A stretch of 64,000 nt of DNA from the human T2T-CHM13v2.0 reference genome, Homo sapiens: NCBI RefSeq assembly GCF_009914755.1, contig NC_060927.1; one strand, written 5' to 3'. Shown here one piece after another: positions 40,835 to 56,002 of the stretch. Positions within the stretch are counted from its first letter, which is position 1. The number at the start of each line of letters is the position of its first letter. A program made the position numbers and the translations under genes. The notes under the pieces are model-generated. The model searched no databases. It was not told where the DNA came from and saw only the letters and a program-made list of their open reading frames with translations.

Positions 40835-43800
40835 ACCATGGCTCTATATGTATGAGCCTCATATAAAATATATCAGTACAGGTCTTACAAAACACTGAAT
40901 GTTTTTATACACATTCCCTAGCAGATTTAACCAGATCAGTCTTAAGGTTCCTTCTAGAAAGGAAGTTCTCCATACGTTGAAAAGTGAATTTCAGTACATT
41001 CAAATTTTAAAGACACGACTTCCCATACTTCTTCAGGGTAAACAAAAATCTCAATAATTCTAATTTAACATGCAAAAGCCATGAATATTCACTACAGTCA
41101 AATGAATAATAAATCACCCCTGGGTTCAAGTGCTTGCCATGCAAAATTGCCTATTTCCTAGAACATCCAGAAATCTGTTTTTAAATTGCTTTTTATTACT
41201 TTTGCTCTTGTGATGGTTGCTCTTCAAAGCAACTTGGAAAAATGTGCCATTCTCAGCATTAAGGCGATAAAGGAGAAGTGAGGACAGCAGAACACGGTGC
41301 CATCCACAAAAGGAAAGAGAGTCTGTGGATCAGAGGGCTGGGCTCCGGAAGACAGTTTTTAAATGTCACTAGATAAAATTTATGAGATAAAAGGGAATGT
41401 TCCTTAGTCATCCTGAGCATTGATATCTACATGAATAATAAATCAAAAGGCTCTTTATCCATTTACTGGTAAACATTACGACCTTAGGTTGAAGATGTGA
41501 TTTACTCCACTGATATCAACACAACAGAAATCCAGTGAAAGTATCACTGGACTGGCCCCAAGTTCTGGAAAATCAATGATGCGTGGGAGAACAAACATTT
41601 TGAGGGGAAGAGTATTTTTTTAAAAGTAAATATTTGTGGCACTAGCAACATGAGTGCACTCATTAAGATTTCTTTTAAAGGATTACCCTTTAGTCTCTCC
41701 TACATGGAAAACTCAAGTATACTCAAGTTGTCAATTGTATAATTTGATGGAAAGTTATCCCTAGTATTTTCCCCCAAATTGGATTGAATTATTAATATTT
41801 CACCTTTACAAATACATGCAGTATAATTCAATTTATATAAAATTTAAAATATACAGAACTTACAGTGATTGCAAGTACCTAAGCTGGTAATAAAGGTATC
41901 AATTAATGAAGGAAAATGGATATGTCAAAGGACAGGATAGTGACTACCTCTAATATGATCAGAGAGAGGGTTCAGATCAGGGAATTTTCAGAGGACTGCT
42001 GGGGATGCTAGAAATACAATGTATTGACTTGGGTGAACCTTGAGATAGGTGTTTATTTATAGTTATTCATTAAACTGTTCATACATGTCATATGCACTTT
42101 TCCTGTACAAATTATATTTCACAATTTTATTTAAATAGTATGTTTCATTCTGAGATGACTCTCCAATCTATTACATGAGACACACTTATACTCAAAAAGG
42201 TGTTCATTCTTTTTCTCTGAAATTCAGATTTAACTGGGCATCCTGAATTTTATCTGGCAATTGTAAACCAATCAGAATAGCATGGTTAGATTACAAATAA
42301 TATATATATTTTAAAAGACAGGAAAATAAACCACAGATAAAATGCATTCTTAAAAGTCTTAGTCATTTCATTTCATATTCTATTAATATGATACATTTGT
42401 GTTTCATGGTTTCTGACCCCTTGTGTCCAGCGGACTATAAACATAAGTATGCTACCTAGACCCAAACTAATTTACTTAAAGGAAGGCAAAGAAGCTGACC
42501 ATTATAAATACAGCATGCCTTAGAAAGGAGAGTTTCAAGTCAAAAACAAATCTGGAAAAAAAATTAATTTGCTTCTTTTTTGTAAAGCAATGATGTGTCG
42601 TTTTTATGTGCATTTGTTTACACAGTAAAAGAAAAGACAATCAAATAGGTAAAATGGATGCTGTATTGCTCCCTTATACACACAAAGAATTACACATCTG
42701 TCTAACAATGCTAACCACTCTGAGCGATAATTATGGATCAATGCTTTAAAAAATATCCTGAATTGCCTGCAGAAATGGCAAGGAGAATTCAATTAAATTA
42801 TTTGTAAAAGCCAGAGTCTTTTTTTCCTATCCATCTGCTACTTGAAATGGGATGACCTTTCAAATAGTGCTTGCTGTTCTCAATGCAAACTCTAAATAAA
42901 GAAGTGGAGTGTGGCTTTTTTTTTCCTTTCCAGGTTCAGCATAGATACAGCATTTGTACTGACATTCTACACCACTCCATAAGAATGCAGATTTGGCTTC
43001 TAGAACATAAAAGAGGCGTTTCAGGAATATAAATCAGGCTTTTGTCCCATACCTTCAGTCATGACATTTGGCTTCTATCAGAAAGGTGTGCGGCTTCTGA
43101 GATAAGTGTTTGAGAACAAGCTACATGAAGTAATTTACTCCCTGGAGAAAAATTGCAAACCTCACCCCCAAACAAACCGCATAAAGTAAATGTGTTAGTG
43201 AAGAACCTTTTGTTAAACTACCTATGGCTGGGGAGCTAAATAGAAAAGGTCAGATATTTAAGCTAACAATGGGCTCAAAACAAACCTTCCAACAGGTCTC
43301 TCAATAGGCCTACATTATCAACTAACAACTTGCACTATTAAGACTATTAATAGTAATAAGCCATGCTTTCTTCACTGAGTCTATATATATTTTACATTGT
43401 TTTATTGCTCCCCTACCCTTTTTAATTTTTAAAGCATTTCCAGTTTGGTCCTTTGTGTGCTTTTTTAAAAATTAGGATTTTGGACAAACTTTCATGTATT
43501 TTTCTTAATAAAAGTGTATCAAGCACATTTCAAAAAGTTCAAAAAATACAGAAATATAAAAAATAATCTATTAGCACATCACCCAGAGAAACTGACTTTT
43601 AACAGTCTGGTGTTTATACTCCCATTCATCTTAATACATAAGCGTATCACAAAATTAGATGATATTATATAACAATCAAAACTAATCAACTGTTTTATGA
43701 ACATCTTTCTATGCCATAAGTAACAATCTGTATCATTATACAAAAATTTTCATTACACCTTTTAAATGTTTTATGGGTATCTCTGTGTGTGTATAGTTGT

Positions 43801-44279
43801 AAAATATAACTTTTAAGTGAATTTATTTAAATACCCAACTACTTATGAGTACATAGATTTACAGCTTTTTCCACTACTATAAACAAAATTGAAATGAGCA
43901 TCCATACACACATCTTTGCAGTTATTTCCTTAGTATTACTTTCCAGAAATAGTATAGCTGGACCAGAAAGTATAAACATTATTAGAGCCTTTTGGTTAAT
44001 ATTGTCAATCTGCCTTCCAGAAAGTTTACTAAGCAAGGTAGGTAGATTTCCCTCTACTGTATAATACTGAGAAATATCAATTTTTTGGATACTTGTCAGT
44101 GTGAGCAAAAATGTCATTATTGCTCTAATTATTATTGCTTTGATAACTAATGGGGCTGAGAGTTTTACTGGTGTTTTATAACTCTTCCTTTGTGAATCAT
44201 TATTCAGATACGTTTCAAATGGTAATTTGTAAAGTATTTTGAATTTTGGCCCATTTTTCTATAAGATAAAAGCATTATC

Positions 44280-44391
44280 GTTAGTGGGTGCAGCGCACCA
44301 GCATGGCACATGTATACATATGTAACTAACCTGCACAATGTGCACATGTACCCTAAAACTTAGAGTATAATAAAAAAAAAATTAAAAAAAA
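44280..44391 (+). mobile_element. Very short 5'-truncated young L1 (L1HS pre-Ta-like), 112 bp
   Basis: GTTAGTGGGTGCAGCGCACCAGC...CACAATGTG...AACTTAGAGTATAATAAAA; perfect 12-bp TSD AAAAGCATTATC at 44268-44279 and 44392-44403. Confidence 0.9.
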
Positions 44392-44436
44392 AAAAGCATT
44401 ATCTTAAAGTACAACACCATTAGGATTTAAGATAAA

Positions 44437-44478
44437 TACACACACACACACACACACATACACACATACACACACACA
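44437..44478. repeat. Interrupted (CA)n microsatellite
   Basis: Direct observation. Confidence 0.92.
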
Positions 44479-44547
44479 ATGAGAAAAATCATTTTAATTT
44501 TAAAAACAATACTCAGCATAACAAATTAAACAAAAATGCACACATAC

Positions 44548-44868
<321 letters not shown>

Positions 44869-45801
44869 TCAATACGCTATCCCAGCACTATTTCCAATTC
44901 CATTTTCCCATGGCAACTAAAAAAAACAAAACAAAAAATAGAAACAATTACTTGTTTATCCTTCTACATCTTTTTCTAGTTTCATACCAGTACATACAAA
45001 CAGGTTTTGATATAGTCATTCTTTGCTTTCTAATTCCAACGGTCTCATATCGTTCCAATTAGTCAAATGATTAGATGCTGCCATATCATGGACATGCTGG
45101 ACATCACATATAGATGTATTTAGTTATTATTATTAGTTCCATAATATTTCACAGTATGGTTATAGTATAAATATATTCAACAATCTCACTATTCATGTGC
45201 TGTTTTTATGTTAATGTTATTTGTCTTGATTTTTTTTTGCCACTACTAAAAATGCAGCCATCTTTAAATATACATTTTCACATCAGAGATTACTGACTCC
45301 CAAAATTAAGGTTGCAGAGTCAAAGAGCAAGTGTACCATTAATTTTGATAAATATATCCAGATTTAGCAATATATGAAACTCTTCCATTTCTAAGCACCT
45401 TTAACAAGCATGGATATTATCAATATTTTCCAATTTTGTCAACTACTTGACTGGAAAAGTATTTATTTCATTGTGATTTTAATTTGTATTTCCACAACTA
45501 CTAGTAAAGTTGAGCAGAGTTGCATGTCTCTTGGTCACTTAAATTTTCCCTCTGTGAATTGCCAATTAATATCCCTAGCCATTTTTCTCAAATATGGTAT
45601 ATAACTGTATGTCATCAGTGTCTAAGAATTCCTATTTTTCTAAAATTTATATTGTTTAATGTACATTCATATATTTAATTCATCTGAATTTTTAGATTTT
45701 TATTGTAAAAAATAGTGGTCTAACATTTACAACTTACTGATGAAAAGCCAATTTTCATAGCATCTTTTATTAGATAAACATACATTTCCCAACTGAACTG
45801 A

Positions 45802-46848
<1,047 letters not shown>

Positions 46849-47636
46849 TGAAAAGACACTTTTACTGAATATTAACTTCATATATTTGGATCTGTTTCTC
46901 TTTTTTCTGTTTCATTTATAAAATGTTCTCGTGGCTAACAACATACCATTTTAATAACAGTAACTTTATATTACATTTTAATGTTTAGAAGAAAAAGTAA
47001 AAATGAAACCTGTTGCCATTCTGATAAATTATATTAACATATCTATTTTATAGGAATGAATGACATTTTATAATAATAAAAACTATTAGGGAATATGAGT
47101 ATGACTCTTTTGACAGGCAGTTTTATCTCCATAACATTTTTCTTTTTTCTATATAGGCCTTTTTTGTTAAATTGTTACTAAGGATTTTATATTTTTTGTT
47201 TCCAAAGTAATTTTTTTCTATTTCTAGATAACTAGTTATTGAAAGTATAAAGAAAAAATTTGATTTTTATATATTTATTTTGTGATCATCCAGCTAACAT
47301 GTTTTCTTAGTAACTGTGTAACAGTCATAAATTCTCTATGAATATAATCATATCACATGACAGTGAAGAGAGTATCATTTTCTTCGCTTAATTTTTTTGT
47401 TTGATTACAACAAGCAGAACCCATAACACAGTGCTAAGTAACAGTGCTAATAGCAAATATTCCTGTGTATTCTTCCTGATTTAATATGAGTGACTTTTAT
47501 ATTTTACTGTTTAATGTAATGTTTGATTATAGGTCTTTATAAATATTCCTTATTGTGTTTAACTTCCTTCCATGCCCATTTTATTTAGAGTATTGCTAGA
47601 AATTTCTAATACATTTTATCACATTTCTTATCAGTA

Positions 47637-48103
47637 TGCATACTGAGTTGAATACAGTCCTCCATAATTTATAGTCATGTGGAATCTCAAGTGACTTTAT
47701 TTTGAAACTGGGTCTTTGCAGATGTAATTTGTTAGATTACAGTAATTAGAGGTCATAAGGGATTAGAGCGGCCCCTACCCAATGACTGTTGCCCTCATAA
47801 GAAGCAAAACCAGAGATATAGTCAGACACGCAGAGAGAATACCATGTGATAAAGGAGACAGAGACTGGAGTAATGTGTCTGCATGCCAAGAAATGCCAAG
47901 GACTGTTGGCAGCTACTAAAAGGTAGGAAAAGGCAAGGGAGGGCCACCCCTTAGAGCCTTCAAAGGCAGGATGTCCCTGCTGGTACCTTGATTTTGAACC
48001 TCTAGCTTTCAAAACTGACAGACAATAAATGTCTGTTATTTTAAGCCACTCATTACCAAATTACCAAACGGTAATTTGTTATGGTGGTTTTAGGAAATTA
48101 ACA
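47637..48103 (+). mobile_element. MLT1B/C-like MaLR LTR
   Basis: GGGTCTTTGCAGATGTAAT...GCCAAGAAATGCCAAGG...AATAAATGTCTGTTATTTTAAGCCAC motifs. Confidence 0.75.
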
Positions 48104-50781
48104 AAGCATATGTTGTATAATCAAATCATTTAATCTTTTAATTAATGGTATAAAGTTCCAATTCAGAACCAGTTTGTAATTTTTGAAATGAAGCCTATTT
48201 TAAACATTTTATCATGTTTTCATAAGCAGATAGATACAAGTTGCTATTTTTTAATTATATACTTCCACATATGAAAATGAAATTAGCATAAAATATCTCA
48301 TTAGTGTTATTTATCTCAAGTTTTGATATAACATTTTGCTAGATTTGTACAGTTGAGCCCCATTCTATTTTCTCTATAGTCTTGAATTGTTTAAGAACCA
48401 TAGGGAATATCTGTTTTTTAAAGCTTTCGTATGTTACAAGTATCTTTTAATCTTTTAAAGTACCTGTTTTTAAATATCTAGTTTACATGTAAAACTATCT
48501 GGGCCTGGTGCCTTTTTTCTAGTGGTACATGTTTAATAATTTTCCACTTTCTTCTATGATTATTGGTATTAAATGTTTTTATTTTGCCTATGGGAATAAT
48601 ATAATACTGAATGTATATATACTTTTCTAAAGAATCATCATTTTCCTAGATTTGAAAGTGAATGGCTATAAAATTTTTTTTTAAAAAAAATCTAGCCGTA
48701 CCAGTATTGATTGGCAGAGTTGACCAAGGGAAGCTAAGAGGGTACATACCATCTTCCTCCCACACGACTACATATGCATTAAATCAGAAGACGACAGTCT
48801 TCCAAGAATAAAATGAATCATCAAGGGAATAAGAGCAGTTCTCATCCCTAGTTAGAATCTCTAAACAAACCAAAGCAAATGTTTTTATTTGAATCATCAG
48901 GACTGTGTCACAATGAAACCTAGATGGTTTGTCTTCAAGTCATTTACTACTCCCCTAAAGTCTTATCAAAAGTATGCTAAAAAAGTTTATGACATTTCCA
49001 CTGAGCTACAATAAAGCTTCTATTTTTTTAGATACTTGACAAAATTTTAAAAAGAATTATTTTTCCCCCACACCTGCACACATTTTAAAATATCTTCAAC
49101 TTTTCTACAAAACAATTTTCTCTACAGCTCTCCCAGACTTCACAAACATATTCTTTTATTCATAGCAGATGGAGGAAATTAGAGTAACATATTTGCTCTA
49201 AAATCATTAGTGCTGCATCAGCACTTCTGATCTAAATGACATTTCAAGGGGTTATTGTTACATAGAGCAAGACTTTGCTCCAGGCAGAAAGAGACAGAAA
49301 AACAACTTGAAAAATGAACCTTTTTTTGCAATTAGCTTCTGCATCTTAATTTGTTGAATGCCATTCTATTTGGATTTTAAATACAAATCAAAGGAAGAAT
49401 AAAGTGATCCAATTCTGTCAGGGTCATACCTTCCTTACTGGTCAGTCGTCTGATTAATCATTATAGCTGCTTCCTAAAAAATAATGTTGTTAAAACTTAC
49501 CATCAACTACTTGATTCTCTGGAAAACTAACATATTCTTACTTCTCAGAGATATCTTGAGAGGCTGATAAGTCTGCTCTTTAGCCTCAAGAAATGCCTAA
49601 AATTAAACTATTTAACTGGTGAGCTTCACATGACTGCCACTCTGTCCAAGAGATAAATAAACATCCCTGGCTGAAGAATGAACCAACCCATAGGTGTTTC
49701 TTTAGCACATACTCTGTTAAGTCCACTGTGGAATTAAAAAAAAAAAAAAAAGTTTAAGGTACTACACACCTGGAAAATGCAATCTTGTAAACATAGGAGA
49801 AACCACAGAGAATGATACAAGATAGCAACAATCATACTTTATATTTTTACACTGCATTACAATTTTCAAACTACTTTCATGACACTTTTCTTATTTTATC
49901 CTCACAGTAAATCCATAATGGAAGCAGGATAAAAGAGGAAGGAGACATAAACATAGAACTTCAGAGATGAAAGCAACATTAAAGGCATCAATAACCTTCT
50001 TTACAGATAAGAAAATGGAGACCAAAGGGAAATAAGAACCTTCACCTTGTTTCAGAGTCAGGCAAGCAAAGCTAATGAAGTGAAGGCTTGTCACCCCAAG
50101 TTGCAAAAAGAAGTCACAAAAATAAGACAAGAAAGAGAAAGATGATAGAAATACAGGACACTAATTTGGATTTAATGTACTTTTTTAAAAAATAGAAAAG
50201 GAAAAGCAATTCTATTGAATTCGGGTTTGAAATTCAACGTTGGTCTCTAGGGATCACTTGGCTATGGTGGTTTTATGCCATTACCAGATCCCTTTGAGAA
50301 AAATACTATTTTGAAATTCATGGTTTCCAGTAAATATGTTCAAGGCTTTGAAGAACATACTCCTGTAGGTGTAAATGGTGTATACACATATACACAAAAG
50401 CTTGAAAACACTACTTAATTACTGAACGGAGTCTAAACATTCTACAGCTCAGTTAAGAAGCTACACATGCGTCTCACACCCACCATCTCTCCAGCTGTCC
50501 TCCACACACCATCCCAGCAAGTCCTAGCTGACCCTCTTAATACTGTGACCTCTCTGTCGTATAATAAAGGTTGAAAATCATCCTTCCTTTGAATAAGAAT
50601 ATATTATAACTATATTATTTTTTGTTACAGCCTTCTCAAAAATGTATTTCAAGCCACACATAGGCCATTGTCATGGCATCTTTTATTTAACAGACAATAG
50701 CTATTTTCCATGACTCAGTCCAGAATATTCTTTAACATCTACATCTAGGATATTATCATAATTATAATAAGAGACGGCACT

Positions 50782-51100
50782 ACATGGATGAAGCTGGAAG
50801 CCATCATTCTCAGGAAACTAACACAGGAACAGAAAACCAGACAGCGTATGTTCTCACTCATAAGTGGGAATTGAACAATGAGAACACATGGACACAGGGA
50901 GGGGAACATCACACATCGGGGCCTGTTGGGGGTTTGGGGGGCAAGGGGAGGGATAGCATTAGGACTAATGCATGCGGGGCTTAAAACCTAGATGACAGGT
51001 TGATGGGTGCAGCAAACCACCATGGCACATGTATACCTATGTAACAAACCTGCACGTTCTGCACATGTAACCCAGAACTTTAAGTAAAAAAGAAAAGAAA
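50782..51100 (+). mobile_element. L1PA8-like 3' end
   Basis: ACATGGATGAAGCTGG...GCATGCGGGGCTTAAAACCTAGATGAC...A-rich tail. Confidence 0.88.
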
Positions 51101-54100
51101 GGTGCAAAAGTGAAAACATTAAAAGTGGAATCATGATTTTAAAAAATAAATTCACAGTGGTGTTGAAAGATCATATCAGGGTTAGAGGACAAGTCTTTGG
51201 GTTAGAATGAACACTTAATTTATTATCAGAGTGAACAATAATTACCTCGACATTTTAAAACAGCATTTTGTCACCTTTTAAACGTTTGGGAACAGAGAAG
51301 GCGAAACACCATGTCTGACACACTATGGAAAGTTTTATAATTCTCCTCAAAAAGGAAGAAAAAATATTTCTATTTCCATTCCAGATCTGCACAATATATT
51401 CTTGCATCCCATTTGGTCTGATTCATTTACATTTTGCTGAATTCTGTTTTTGTCCATTTTCATCATTCAAAAGATTTTAAAAATTCAACAACATCAAAAA
51501 GCCATCAAAAGATGCTTTCAGATGAAATTGCAAAGAAAATAAGCACATGAATTAGTGAAGCAACTTCCAAGTTATACAATTGTGGCACTTACATCTTTTC
51601 TCATCTTGTCCGAGAATTAATTGTACTGCTGAAATTAGACATCCAGCCTGCTCCATGCAGACAGGAGCCCAAGCCGGAAGAAAACTCTTTGAATAACAAC
51701 ACTGCCTTCTGATTCTTTTCACATGGCTACATTTTTGACATTTACTTCAATATTCTACCCAGTTGCAGTGTGACTATGACAAAATATTTCTGTAGGCATG
51801 ACTGGCACCTCTGCGGTAAGTGGCAGGGAATGGAATAGGAAACGAGTCCCTTTAGTAGCTCCAAAAAGCCCACAGGCACTCTGCAAACCTTTTGCATACA
51901 TGCTGTTAAGTAAAGGATGTGAAAAATGGAAACCGTGATGACAATTTTAATCACCTTACAGATGATTCTATGATCTACTATAACTTTATAATGGCAAAGC
52001 CACTGACACAGGAGACTGACAGGCATATATTCTCTCTCTGCCTCTAAGTCTATTAAATGTTTATTTGGGGGGTTTACACATGGATAGAGATGACCTTAAC
52101 AGAGTATTTATTGAATCTATCCACGGATAAATTATAAATGACTACAACTTTAACTAGGTGGAATTTTCATGGTTATTTTTAATTTCTAGGCCCAAATCAC
52201 TTCCCTAGGCTCTAGAACTGTCTTCCAGGAGATGTCAGATGTCAGTAATCAGAGGGAACCCATCTACAGTCAATGCAGCCAAAAGTTCTGCCTACAAGGT
52301 AGCAATTAGAGTCCAGCAGTCTCTTCTGGAAGTGCCAATTACTGTTCTGTCTTCCCTTTTGAATGCCTCCTTAATATAAGAATAACATATCATTTTTATC
52401 CTATCAGATTAGAAAATATTGTTTAAAATAACACTCACAGTTGGCAAGAATGCAGAGAGAGAAGCACTCCCAAACAGATGCTGGTGAGGATGTAAATTGG
52501 AATGTCCTTTCTGGAAAACAGTCCAGCAAAATTTATCATGATGTTTTTATCTTCCTGACATTAGTTTGGGTATACTGTTGCATATTTTTAAATAGTCTTC
52601 AAAAGCTAGAGTTTTAAAACTCTGTGTGGCATTTTGTTACGTGAATACGCTATAGTTTTCAATTATTTCCACATTTGTCAGCATTTTAGTTGATTTCAAC
52701 TTGGGGTATTATAAATAATGCTCCAGTGAACATCTTCATAAATACACATTTAACTCACATTCTGTTTATTTCTTAGTATAGATTCAAAGTGAAAATACAG
52801 TGGTTGGCAAGGCTTATATTCAAGTATAATTTTATCCTAGTAATTATGGAATTAGTATCAGCAAACGGATTCCTAAGCTAGAATTCACCATCATTTACTA
52901 GGAGAAAGATCTGTGGTGGTAAAACAGACTCTGCTTATTTACACAGCCTTACTAATGGGCAATTTGCCAGAGGAATCCAAACCAGAGAGCATGTATGATT
53001 GACTAACCATTACATGGAAAGAAGAAATCAGCTCCTACCAAAAGCACATTCATTTCAAGTAATGCCAGCAACCTGCTGAGTCAGTTGTATTCAGCCCCTA
53101 TAGAAACCCTTCCCAAGTTCATTGATATGTGACACCCATGACATATTTTTACCATCACTGGTTTTCATGAATTTGCCTGTCTTTGAGACCTGAAAAACAA
53201 TCTGATTTATTGAACTGAAAAAGGCGAATGTAGTGAAACCCTATCCTGTAATTGGCAAACCTTTTACCTCCCTGGTGGCTTGAGTAGAGAAGTTACTGGC
53301 TGGAGGCTGTTCTAAAGGAAAACATGAATGGCCCTAAAATTAAAATTCCAGACTTTAGGAGCCAATTAATGAGGACATACCACTTTTAATCCATCACTTT
53401 GCAATATATTTAAAATGTTAAGACTCATTGTTGGCAAGGGAACAGTATTCCCCAAAGCTTATTCCATGGGAAAATGTTTTTGTGGACAAAAGAGTTTGGG
53501 AAAGAGTGATATTGGAATGAAGTTCAAGCTGAACTTTTAATGTGCTATTACCAACTGTGAATCTCCATGGGGGGCTGTAGCTAGTAACATTTGTAAACTT
53601 CTTCAACCACAAATTATTCCTGCTTTATATTGCCTTTGTTTCTGGCAACTGGGTTTCTATAGCGCATTGCAAGGCAGAGCATTCTATGGAACGTACTTTA
53701 GAGAATGTTTCTCTAGGTCAGCAGTTCTCAAACATTTTGGTCTCAGGATCCATTTCCACTCCTAAAAACTGTGGAAGGCCCCAAAGAGTTTGTGGTTATG
53801 TTGGTTATATCTATGGATATTTACCATGTTAGAAATTAAAACAGAAAACTTTCAAAACACTATGAATTTATTTTAAAATGACAGTAATAACCAATTACAT
53901 GTAAATATACATATTTTCCCGAAAAAAGAGCTAGTGAGAAGAGTGGCATTGTCTCAACATCACATTAATATTTAGCCTAATAGAAGACAGGTGGATTCTC
54001 CTATCTGTTTCTGCATTGTGTTGTGATATATTATTAGGGTTGAAGTGTGCCAAGAAAATCTAGAAGGAATATTTTAATAGCCTTTTCAAATAACTGGATT

Positions 54101-54970
54101 TTTTCTCTAATACTGCATCAAAACTTAACAAATGGTAGTTTCTTTAAAAGTTACTTGCAGAGTAGAACCCGAAACCACATCAAGAAATTTTTAGTGCTCT
54201 GTTATGTGAAAAATCCATGGTCTGTGTAGCATTTTGAATGGATCCTTTCCCCATGTGAAATTTTGTAAAAGTGCACATTGCTCTGGACAAAAATAGTGGT
54301 TCATTGGATTATGCAGATCTTCCAAATGTTGACACCTTTCATTGCATGATATAAAAAAGAATTATATTTGCAATATCATCATTGACCTTTTATTAGAAAA
54401 AGTCTTTAAGTATTGGGAAGCTGTCAAGCTCATGGTGGCATATCCAAGTTTCCCAAAATCTGAATTTTTGCTTAGAAGCTTGAATTTTATCACTATCAAC
54501 AAATACTGGCCAACGGTTTACTTAAAGCAACAGACTCACTTTGTGCATTTTAAAGAAAATATGTTAAATACTTGAGTTTGCATAATTATATTTTGTCTTT
54601 CAATGCTTCTTTCATGCAGAAAAATAGTGTTCCATATAAAAGGTAGCTGGTTCATTTCACTACCCAGTCTCACAAGTGCTTTTCCTTGAGACAACCATGA
54701 TATGTCAGTACACAGCAGCAGTTCTTTCTGCATACTTCCCATTTCAGCACACAGAATGCTAAAAAAAAAAAAAAAAAAAAACTCAACAATCAAAATGCAA
54801 TTAAATTAATAATTTTTACTTTTCAACAAGGATATTCTTAGAAAAAGTTGACTTTTTATTTTTTTTAACCATAGTGCATGGCAGTGAAAAATGAAAGGCC
54901 AAAAGTACAGTTCAGTGCCACTGTCTTGATTCATGCTATGGTGCCAGTAGTTTTAAAAAACATTACATTT

Positions 54971-56002
54971 GGAGGAGCCAAGATGTCCGAAGAGGAACAG
55001 CTCCGGTCTACAGCTCCCAGAGTGAGCGACACAGAAGATGGGTGATTTCTGCATTTCCATCTGAGGTACCCGGTTCATCTCACTAGGGAGTGCCAGACAG
55101 TGGGCGCAGGAGAGTGGGTGCAGTGCACCGTGCACCAGCTGAAGCAGGGCAAGGCATTGCCTCACTCGGGAAGCGCAAGGGATCAGGGAGTTCCCTTTCC
55201 TGCTCAAGGAAAGGGGTGACAGACGGCACCTGGAAAATCGGGCCCCTCCCACCTGAATACCACGCTTTTCCGATGGGCTTAGGAAATGGCGCACCAGGAG
55301 ATTATATCCCACACCTGGCTCGGAGGGTCCTACACCCACGGAGTCTCACTGATTGCTAGCACAGCAATCTGAGATCAAACTGCAAGGCGGCAGCGAGGCT
55401 GGGGAAGGGGCGCCCGCCATTGCCCAGGCTCACTTAGGTAAACAAAGCAGCCTGGAAGCTCCAACTGGGTGGAGCCCATCACAGATCAAGGAGGCCTGCC
55501 TGCCTCTGTAGGCTCCACCTCTGGGGGCAGGGCACAGACAAACAAAAAGACAGCAGTAACCTCTGCAGACTTAAATGTCCCTGACTGACAGCTTTGAGGA
55601 GAGCAGTGGTTCTCCCAGCATGCAGCTGGAGATCTGAGAATGGGCAGACTGCCTCCTCAAGTGGGTCCCTGACCCCTGACCCCCGAGCAGCCTAACAGGG
55701 AGGCACCCCCCAGTAGGGGCAGACTGACACCTCACACGGCTGGGTACTTCTCTGAGACAATACTTCCAGAGGAACTATCAGACAGCAGCATTCACAGATC
55801 ACGAAAATCCATGGTTCTGCAGACACCACTGCTGATACCCACAAAAACAGGGTCTGGAGTGGACCTCTAGCAACTCCAACAGACCTGCAGCTGAGGGTCC
55901 TGTCTGTTAGAAGGAAAACTAAAAAACAGAAAGGACATCCACACCAAAAACCCATCTGTACATCACCATCATCAAAGACCAAAAGTAGATAAAACCACAA
56001 AG
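54971..56002. promoter_or_regulatory. L1 5'UTR internal sense promoter and antisense promoter region
   Basis: Complete primate L1 5'UTR; promoter activity is inferred from the family, not shown for this copy. Confidence 0.6.

Noticed and set aside
51763-51821. Possible micro-exon ending in GCG|GTAAGT
   Set aside because: Good donor but only weak upstream acceptors and no coding or other support; expected by chance in 64 kb.
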